This document shows, piece by piece, positions 37,379 through 45,895 of a stretch of DNA of 50,986 bases. The stretch's first letter is position 1. Each line of letters begins with the position of its first letter. The notes under the pieces are model-generated. The model saw only the letters and a program-made list of their open reading frames with translations, had not been told where the DNA came from and did no database searches. The position numbers and the translations under genes are program-made. Source of the stretch: a virus; IMG/VR virus record IMGVR_UViG_3300005805_000048; one strand, written 5' to 3'.

Positions 37379-37742
37379 ATGAAACACTATCCTAAATTCG
37401 ATCAAAGACTAAACTCTCATTTAGAAAATCAAAGGATGCAGCAGGCTCGAACACGTCTTGGAACTGTTATGTCTTATGATAAAATAACAAATACAGTTAT
37501 GGTTGTAATGGATGATAAAATCGCAAACACTGCTCGGAAATATTTATAGAGCAATTCCCTGTCCAACGGTCCAGGGTGTTCAGATGGTTGCGCCAACCGC
37601 AGGTTCAAGATGTGTCATAGGGTTTAGGGATGATTCAGAGGTTTCGCCGTACATAATTTCATTTGTTGATGACGGCTCATCAACAGGAAAGTACGGTCCA
37701 TCCACTTTTGTTAATACTGGTATACCGAAGTTTATGGTTTAA
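37379..37742 (+). CDS. baseplate spike OB-fold (gpV/gp138 N-terminal-like) protein (about 120 aa; +1 shift at 37535)
   Basis: SD GGAG then ATG 37379. MKHYPKFDQ...RLGTVMSYDKITNTVMV...NTA-[CGGA]-GNIYRAIPCP...PTAGSRCVIGFRDD. The gpV-like halves (GTV.SYD and P..G..CVIGF) lie on opposite sides of the shift. Confidence 0.65.
37535..37538 (+). other. +1 recoding site CGGA
   Basis: GCT c GGA AAT; enters the frame of ORF 37512-37742. Confidence 0.75.
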
Positions 37743-37744
37743 AT

Positions 37745-38437
37745 ATGTCAGAAAAAATAAACGCAGACAAGAGCTTTGAATCAAGTGTCGGTAAAACAAT
37801 TGTAGAAGCAGATGAATTAAACAGAAGAAAAACATTCTCTTCTAGAGAAGTTGGCATTACTCACCCAGATAATCCAGCTTTTATAAGATTAACAGATTCT
37901 GGTGATATAGAAATATTTGCGGCTCCAGGTGTTGGCCTGGTAATAAATGGCTCAACGAGAACCGTGTCTATATTTGCGGATAATATTAAATTGCATACGA
38001 AAGACGACGGCCTTCACTGGAATGCAAAGCAGTTTAATAGCTCGGCAACCGTATTTGCGGAGCCAGCACTAGTCCCCGTAGGTGGGTCTGACTTTAATCC
38101 AGGATTTAAAAACGCTGATTATTATATTAATAATATTACAGAACTAGACAAAGAAGACGCTCAACAGACCGTTACTATTCAGGGTGACTATGACTATATA
38201 GCCAACACGGATACGGCAGTTTGGGAAGAGAATATACCAAAAGACTCCTCACCAGCAGCTGGTGGTGTTAGTTTTAGTCAACCGGAATTGGATAATATCG
38301 AGTCATTTTGGAGGGCAAATTCCGGGGCGCTTTCTATCGCCAAAGAAGAAGCCATTAATAAACTTTTAAAATTAAAAGAACTAGGTTATACTTTAGAGCA
38401 AGCAAAAACAAGAATAATAGAGGATAATAATGTCTGA
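37745..38437 (+). CDS. putative baseplate spike-associated protein
   Basis: 230 aa. Short beta-repeat-like segment AFIRLTDSGDIEIFA...LVINGSTRTVSIFADNIKL; lies between the gpV-like and gp25-like genes. Confidence 0.45.
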   Translation: MSEKINADKSFESSVGKTIVEADELNRRKTFSSREVGITHPDNPAFIRLTDSGDIEIFAAPGVGLVINGSTRTVSIFADNIKLHTKDDGLHWNAKQFNSSATVFAEPALVPVGGSDFNPGFKNADYYINNITELDKEDAQQTVTIQGDYDYIANTDTAVWEENIPKDSSPAAGGVSFSQPELDNIESFWRANSGALSIAKEEAINKLLKLKELGYTLEQAKTRIIEDNNV

Positions 38438-38810
38438 TTTTTACATAGACTTAAGTGGGGATCTGGTGATTAATGGCTCCGGAGATATAGCAACAGTGCA
38501 AGATCAATCAACTAAAGATATACAGCATGTATACATGAGGCTTATGACTGAACCTGGAGATTTTTTTGTATATCCACAGCTAGGAACTCAGCTGTCGATG
38601 CTCTACGGAATGCCACAAAACCCGCAAACTGGCGATCTTGGCAAGAGAATTATAAGAGCAGCTCTTGAAAGAGAAGGGGTCTTTAAAAATAGACAAATTA
38701 CTATTGAAGCGGTACCAGTAAGCGCAGACTCGATCAGGTTTGATGTCTACTTAGCCGGCAGTAATTATCAGCCAGTTGTACTTTCTATAACCCAAGATCT
38801 AGGAGCATAA
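38430..38810 (+). CDS. gp25/GpW-like baseplate wedge (sheath initiator) protein
   Basis: 126 aa. GDLVINGSGDIATV...RLMTEPGDFFVYPQLGTQL is typical of gp25-like/XkdS proteins; directly upstream of baseplate J. Confidence 0.75.
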   Translation: MSDFYIDLSGDLVINGSGDIATVQDQSTKDIQHVYMRLMTEPGDFFVYPQLGTQLSMLYGMPQNPQTGDLGKRIIRAALEREGVFKNRQITIEAVPVSADSIRFDVYLAGSNYQPVVLSITQDLGA

Positions 38811-38811
38811 T

Positions 38812-39981
38812 ATGCCAGTAATGAATATAAAAACTAAAGAGCAGATGTTACTCGCAACTTTAGATAGCCTTCAAAAAAATGCTGGCATAAATTCCATATC
38901 ACCCGGATCCATAGCCAGAGCATTCGCAGAAGCAATTCACACTGAGATATATGATTTATATAATGCTTTAAAACTAAGCGTTGAACAGTCAAACCTTGCA
39001 ACAGCAAGCGGTGCAAATCTCGACATGATAGGTGCTCTTTACAATGTTCCAAGAAGATCAATATCAGCTGAACTAGTGTCTGAAAGAGCTACGGGAAATA
39101 TAGAGTTTTTTATTAATCAAGTTTACAATTCGGCAATAGTTATACCATCTGGAACACTTGTATTTAACGACATTAATAATTATTCATCAGTGCAGTACAT
39201 GTACGAATTAAATGGCGAGGTTATTATTCCAGCTGGCAACACCAGAGCTTACGGTTCCGTAAAGGCAAAGTTTGCCGACAATAATATTACAGCTGCTAGA
39301 AATACTCTGGTAAAGCACAATTTTGTGGCACCCCCTGGTGTTGTTGTTTTCTGCAACAACCCGAAAGAGGTTTATAGCACATTAAATTCAGAGTCCGACG
39401 ATAACTACCGTAGAAGAATAGTTGCCGGAGTTAGAGGGTCTAGCACTGGAACAGCTGAGTCGGTTCGTTTTGCTGCCTTAGCTGTAAAGGGTGTAAAAGA
39501 CGCAAAGATTAGAGAAGCATCTTTTGGTATAGGTTCATGTGATATTATAATAGTGCCAGAAACAAGGTCTGGTATTTCTTCTATGAGCCAATCTGTTATA
39601 GAACAAGTAAGGTCTATTAAACCAATAGGTGTCAATGTAAACGTTAGAATAGCTGAAAGAAAACCAGTAGATGTAAATATAACTTTAATTTTGCGAGAGG
39701 GCACAAATAGCTCTACCGCAAGAGCTGTTGAAAATCAAGCAAGAATATTTATAAACAGATACATAAATACATTATCTATTGGTGATTCTTTATCTATGAC
39801 CGAAATAGAAAGGCAGGCTCGTCTGGCTTCTGAGGTTATAGTTTCAGCAACCACCAATTCAGTAAGAGTTGATAATCAAAACATACCGAATAAAGACTAT
39901 AGATTATCGGATGATAAATCTTACATGACAGCTGGATCATTATCCATATATTCTGTTATAATGGGTAGCTCCAACTATTAA
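38812..39981 (+). CDS. baseplate J-like wedge protein
   Basis: PGSIARAFAEA, ATASGANLDMIG, ESDDNYRRRI, GTAESVRFAALAVKGV motifs. Confidence 0.85.
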   Translation: MPVMNIKTKEQMLLATLDSLQKNAGINSISPGSIARAFAEAIHTEIYDLYNALKLSVEQSNLATASGANLDMIGALYNVPRRSISAELVSERATGNIEFFINQVYNSAIVIPSGTLVFNDINNYSSVQYMYELNGEVIIPAGNTRAYGSVKAKFADNNITAARNTLVKHNFVAPPGVVVFCNNPKEVYSTLNSESDDNYRRRIVAGVRGSSTGTAESVRFAALAVKGVKDAKIREASFGIGSCDIIIVPETRSGISSMSQSVIEQVRSIKPIGVNVNVRIAERKPVDVNITLILREGTNSSTARAVENQARIFINRYINTLSIGDSLSMTEIERQARLASEVIVSATTNSVRVDNQNIPNKDYRLSDDKSYMTAGSLSIYSVIMGSSNY

Positions 39982-39991
39982 AGGATGACCA

Positions 39992-41188
39992 ATGTCTGAA
40001 CAGTCTTACTTAGTTACTAAGAAACAAATAATTAAAGCCAAAAACATGACCCACGCCAGAATGCTGTCGGAGGGTTACAAGGATTTTCCTGGACAAATTC
40101 TTCACGAAGAAATTGAAGTAGCGGAAGATGATTTGTCTTCGATGGAAGAGGAGGATGATAATGAAAGCTATCACCCCCATATGCCAGAAGAAAATTCTTT
40201 GTTTTTAAGATCGGAAAACAGACGTTTAGCTAAACTAGCAGAAAAATACAAAAATGTAAAAGATGAAGCTGTAATTTCTGTTTATCAAGCAGCCTTTGAC
40301 GCATTTTCAAATTTTGAATTACCAAAGATTAAATCACCAACACTGAAATCAAATAAGCACAATACTCCGGAAACTGCGGTAGCAGTTTTTGCCGACTGGC
40401 AAATGGGCAAGATAACACCAACGTATAATACCGAAGTTCTAGAAAAGCGCATTGAACTCTATACCGAAAAGCTTTTAGAGATCACAGAGATACAAAGACT
40501 TCACCACAATGTGGATAATCTGCATGTGTGGCTTTTGGGCGATATAGTAGAAGGCGAAGAAATCTTTGCTGGGCAAAGTCATTTAATTGACTCTGGTCTT
40601 TATAGGCAGGTTGGAATTAATGGACCAAGAATTCTATCAAAATTCTTGATGACAGCTTTAGAAAACTTTAAGACCGTTCATGTTACTGGAATTATAGGAA
40701 ACCATGGCGCAGTCGGTGGTAAAATGCGCAAGTCTCATGATCCAGAAACAAACATGGACAGACTTCTCTATAAGATACTTGAGCTAATGTTTGTAAAGGA
40801 AGATAGAATATCTTTTAATATTCCAGATGGAAAAGGTGAAAGAAACTGGTACGCTGTGGACAACATTGGAAATTACTCCAGTCTTCTCATACACGGAGAT
40901 CAACTTCCGGCTCCAGCACAGTATTACGGCTACTTTAAAAAAGTAATGGGTTGGAAAGACGGTGCAATACCACAGCACTTTGACGATGTCTTCATGGGTC
41001 ATTATCATCAGCAGTTCAAAATGACTATTGGTAGTTCAATTTTGAGAGTATCTGGTTCGCCAGAAAGCAGTAACACATATGCCCAAGAGTACTTTTCATC
41101 AATGAGCAGACCATGCCAACATCTCATGTTTGTTCATCCAGAACACGGGATTACAAGTGAGTACAGCGTTTGGCTAGACGCGGTATAG
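39992..41188 (+). CDS. calcineurin-like metallophosphoesterase
   Basis: Motifs ADWQMG, LGDIVEG, IGNHG, IHGD and GHYH in canonical order; N-terminal acidic/coiled-coil extension. Confidence 0.8.
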   Translation: MSEQSYLVTKKQIIKAKNMTHARMLSEGYKDFPGQILHEEIEVAEDDLSSMEEEDDNESYHPHMPEENSLFLRSENRRLAKLAEKYKNVKDEAVISVYQAAFDAFSNFELPKIKSPTLKSNKHNTPETAVAVFADWQMGKITPTYNTEVLEKRIELYTEKLLEITEIQRLHHNVDNLHVWLLGDIVEGEEIFAGQSHLIDSGLYRQVGINGPRILSKFLMTALENFKTVHVTGIIGNHGAVGGKMRKSHDPETNMDRLLYKILELMFVKEDRISFNIPDGKGERNWYAVDNIGNYSSLLIHGDQLPAPAQYYGYFKKVMGWKDGAIPQHFDDVFMGHYHQQFKMTIGSSILRVSGSPESSNTYAQEYFSSMSRPCQHLMFVHPEHGITSEYSVWLDAV

Positions 41189-41199
41189 GAGTTTAAAAA

Positions 41200-44100
41200 A
41201 TGAAAACTTATTTGCTAAGTTTCGTTACTTCTGATTTTTCTAAAAATGGAAAAATTTGGAGTACCGAAGCTGTAGACTTATACGCAAATAAGTACTACAA
41301 AAACTACTCCTACACAAGATCTCCTACTGGTGTTAACTCTCTTGGTGATTACACTTTTACTGGTACCAAAAACCTCGTTGACGCTACACCAACAATATCT
41401 GGCGCTTTACAAGTAACAGATATACGGAGAAGTATATCTAGAGCCTGAGTCTCAAACTTATTACATCTTCGATGCTGTAGTAGACGAAGATGGAAATTAT
41501 GTTATAGACTATGATAACGCCGCTACTCCAATAATATCTTCTACTTCTAGTGAAGATTATCTTTATAGATTTATAGATACATCTTCCAGAATAGATATAA
41601 GAACCTTCAAAGGAGCTTTTTCTTCTTCTCTAAATAGTATAGAAAACATTTCATTTAACGTTAATATATACGAATCAGATTCGCTAAATCGGTCCGTGGC
41701 TTTTATCTAGCACTTCAACTTCTGACGCACTAGCGTCCATTCTCTTGATAAAAAATTCAAAGCGCTATGCAAAATTTGAAGTAGAAATTGATACTGAACT
41801 TTCAAACCTAAATGTTTTAAGTTTTATCCTTTTAATTGAAGTAGCTATTTCAGATCCAATAAACCCGGTTCTTACTAGATCAACAAAAAATATATTGAAA
41901 AAGTTTCCATCATGGATGCTACTGTACAAAGATTCAATTGATCAAGCAACTCCAGATTTATATATTCCACAAACAACAGCCGGTAAATTCATAAATTCAA
42001 TTGTTGGGGAAAATTTAGATAATTTTGATAAAGAATTAGATTTATTAAAAATAAATTCTTTTATTGATAGAGCAGATGAAAATCAGATAGCATGGATATA
42101 TTCGTCCACAAACGTTAATATAACATTCCATAAAATACTTGGCAATGGTATTGAGTTGGCTAGAGTGGACAGCTTAGTAGATTTTTTTAACTGTAAACCA
42201 ACTGATCATGTTTTTTATCACAATCCAATTAACAGAGAAATATTAACACTACAAACTTTTAGTAGACTTCAAGCACAGAATGTTAATTCTGGTTTAATTA
42301 GTCTTGATCAAATCCCAGTTCAAAAATTTAACTGGTTTGACGAATTAGGACTAAGAGTCGGTGTAAATAGACTATATCTAGAAAGTAATACTTCTTTTAG
42401 GCAAAGAATTCTTGATGCGTTTAAAAACCCAATTGGCATAGATGCTGATTCGTTCAAAAAAACCCTAAGAAGAGAATTAAATCTGTGGAAAGCATTTGGA
42501 GTTGAGCCCAGTTCTACCTACACCGGAGCCACACCGGAAATATTGGAAATGTCGGACATAACTAGCTCGACTCCATATTTCTCGGCAGATGGAAATCCAA
42601 CTGATGTTTTTAGAAACTTAGTTGAGGAACTAAATATCAAGTATCCAAACAACTGGGGGTATCTACAGTTTGATAATGCAATATGGGATTACGCAGGCTT
42701 AAATCAAGATGGGGTTTCTCGACTTGCAGCCAGATATCACGATTCTACGGTTAACATACCCTACTACCAACCTGGTGTTGGTGATCTTAATGATTTAGCC
42801 TTTTCAGTAATAGACACAGACGCAACTCCAACTAAATTTGAAACGTATCTCGTTGCAAAAGGAAAAAAGAAGGTAGGGTCTACTCCCGAATATTATCCTG
42901 TAGATATTGAGTTTGAATATTATTCAGACTATACAATTAAAGAATATGATAATCCACCAGCAACGGTTAATTTCACACTTGAGTTCCACGCAACTCCACA
43001 CGGTGTTTATTCGACACCATCTACATTCTACGCCCCTGTTGTATTATATCCTAAGAATAACAAAGGACCGCAGGCAAATTCCGCATATGAGTGGCATTCG
43101 TACAATATATTTGATACAGAAGGGTTTACATCAAACGATTTAATACTAAGAGGAAAGTCAACACTTCAACGCTATGAAAATAGTATTAACAATATTGCAG
43201 TTAATAAAATCGATATAAACCGCATTCAAAATATTCTTGTTAAGCTTGGTTTGTGGAATGGAACCGATTATTCTTCTGTTCCGACTTCTGACAGTTTTAT
43301 TATTAGATTCTCAAACAACCCAATTAATTCGCTTATTTATGGGACCTCAACTCCGCACATATCGGCAACACCCGCTCTAAACCAATCCACAAAAATAGAG
43401 CTCGCATCAAAGCTTTGGTCAGAGGTAACGAGGGTAAAACAAACACCTAAACAAAAAACACAAGTAAAGATTAATCAACTTTCTGCTACTCCGCCCGATT
43501 CTTATTTAATTGATAAAAATACAATAATGGATAACATTATTTATCCACAGGGTGCAACTCCAAGATATTTTTATATTAATAACATTAAACCAGTTGATTC
43601 GGCAGTGATAGGATACTCAACAGATTCCTCTTCCATATCTGGTTACGGTGGAGTTGTATTTGATCCACTGCTTAATTCAAAAGTCTTTGTGCCGTCGTCT
43701 CCGAATATATTGATTGATATACAAGGGGGATCCGCTACGGCAAACCAGTATTTTTCAACAATCTCTTATCCATACTCAGCAACGCCAAATTCAATTTCAG
43801 TTAAGTTGAATGATGGTTCAGTTTACCCGAGGGCATCAGTTGCATGGGAGCCTTTTACCGCGACGTCAACTCCAATATCTGGATATATTGATGAATATGG
43901 TTTTGTCGGTTATAATAAAAACAATGGCGAATTTATTCCAAGTAAAAACACCGATTCTATAATAATTCCAGAAATAACAAGAGAAACATTTGGAATATCT
44001 GGCTCTAGTAAATTTGATTATTACTTTGAAAGTATATCTATTGTAGATCCAACTGATGTTAATGTGTTGATATGGTCAGAGCAAAAAATAATTAATCCAT

Positions 44101-45890
44101 TCTTAAATAGAAGCTATGTTCTGCAGTCTAGCAACATCGAAGATGTTTTAGATAATCCACTGTATACAACAAAGCGAATATCTTATCCGGGTAATGCTAT
44201 TAGGGAAAGTTATGACTTAGATAGAAATACGACAGTCTTTGACAACTTTATAGCAAAGGGGAGGCTATACGACGCCAGACTAGAAGCAAGGGTTAATACT
44301 GGATGGATTCACCTTGATAATCAGGAATACTATGTCTACGCAAAACCAAAAAAAGAAATCTTTACAGGAAATCTTAAAGAGATTATTTTGAGTTCAGCTC
44401 CTCAGCAGGGAGCCCCTATTTATATTACCGCAATAAAAGACGGTGAGTCTACACCATATGCTGACTATATAGAAACCGCATTTGAAGACCTTTCAACTCC
44501 AAGACAACTTGGATTCTTCAATAAGGAAGTTATTTATCCTTCATTCGATAATAATTTTTATCTATCTTATCAAGACGTTTACGACGCTAATGTTGTAGAT
44601 ACTTTTACTGGTGAAACAATAGCGACTGGACTAGAAACATCAACCCATATTCTTTCGTCTCAAACAGCTACTCCGATCTTCTTTGGTGAAAGAGAATATG
44701 AAATAACTTATAGAGTTAGAAATTCTTACCATATAGATAATATTGTTTCTGGTTCATCGTCTTTTTCAAAAGTAGTTTTTGATGCCACACCCGGGTATTC
44801 ATTAAATTATGAGATTGTTTATGAATCATCGCAATATGAAAACTCTACTCCTGTATCAATTAATCTTGGAGAAACATCGTCGCTATTAGATAGCGGATAT
44901 ATATATGTCACGAGTGGAAACTATAGTTTTGACACCGCTAAGGTAAAAATTTCTCCAACAAACATCATTGATGATGGAAATGATTATATGGTGATTTCGA
45001 TCATCGCTTTAGATATAAACGGAAATCCGAAGCCAGATCAAACTTTTAACATTTCAAGTGAGTATCTGACAATCAGCCCACAAATTGTCACAACAAACTC
45101 AGAAGGCTACGCAATAGCTAGAGCAACTTATGCCAATCCAGCCACTCCTTTAACTGGAACTATAAAAGACTACATAACCATATCCGGCTCTAATCCAGAA
45201 AATGCCTCGTTCAATAAACAATACGAGTACAATATTCATTCTGGTTATATCAATAAATATTCAATATCCACAGCTGCAGATCCTGCAGTTATTAAAGCAG
45301 ATGGTGTTTCCTCAATCTTTGTTGATGGTATAGCTTCAGTCGATAATGCACCAGCAAAAAACGCCGTAGTATATTGGCGAAAAGCAAGAACACCATACGC
45401 AGCAATAGAGCTCCAGAATTACTCAAACTCAACTTCTTTTGATGGATATTCAGGTATCGTAACAACTAATCAAAATGGCAGATTCTCAATAGGCCCAATT
45501 GTTAGCCAAGATAGATCAACCCCAGGATACTGGTATATGGTAGTCGAGTCTGCATTCGAGCCCACCTACGCCGCAGATGCGACACCCTTAGCTGGAGATA
45601 TTTCATATTGGTATGAATCATATGATAATATTGATTTAAACTATGTTTCAAATCTTAAAATGGTTGATGTAATTAACTTTAATAATGAAGAATCACTCGA
45701 AATATACTCAACTCCAAGCTTTAGAACCAGTTACTATAATGAACAGTTGGTGCTTCCAACTGGTGCGACACCTAGATGGAATCCTCCCAAGTGGCTTCCA
45801 ATACCCAGGTACGAGCAATACCAAGCCGGGTTTTTGGGCTCTACTCCCTATTACATATCTAATTACAATAATTTAAAAAAGGATAATTAA
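41200..45890 (+). CDS. large baseplate wedge/tail protein with C-terminal Ig-like (Big-1-like) domains (about 1562 aa; +1 shifts at 41425 and 41690)
   Basis: Joins ORF 41200-41448, an unannotated 88-codon open segment 41426-41689 and ORF 41745-45890. FDELGLRVGVNRLYLESNTSFRQRIL is wedge-like. DINGNPKPDQTF...TTNSEGYA is invasin/Big-1-like. Confidence 0.6.
41425..41428 (+). other. +1 recoding site CGGA
   Basis: ATA c GGA GAA; opens an 88-codon segment. Confidence 0.75.
41690..41693 (+). other. +1 recoding site CGGT
   Basis: AAT c GGT CCG; enters the frame of ORF 41745. Confidence 0.75.
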
Positions 45891-45895
45891 ACAGA

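Noticed and set aside
88-41188. Bacterial contractile injection system (eCIS/tailocin/T6SS)
   Set aside because: Neck/head-closure-like genes, giant tape-measure and hub genes, phage-like gene packing and the lack of an Afp15-like AAA ATPase favour a large myovirus. Capsid genes are outside the window, so this is inferred.
14577-41745. Introns, inteins or mobile elements in the gaps between ORF fragments
   Set aside because: The gaps are short and fully explained as open +1 frames. No homing endonuclease, transposase or intein motifs were seen.
3326-45876. Short minus-strand and alternate-frame ORFs in the track
   Set aside because: All overlap long + strand genes and lack recognisable motifs; treated as shadow ORFs.
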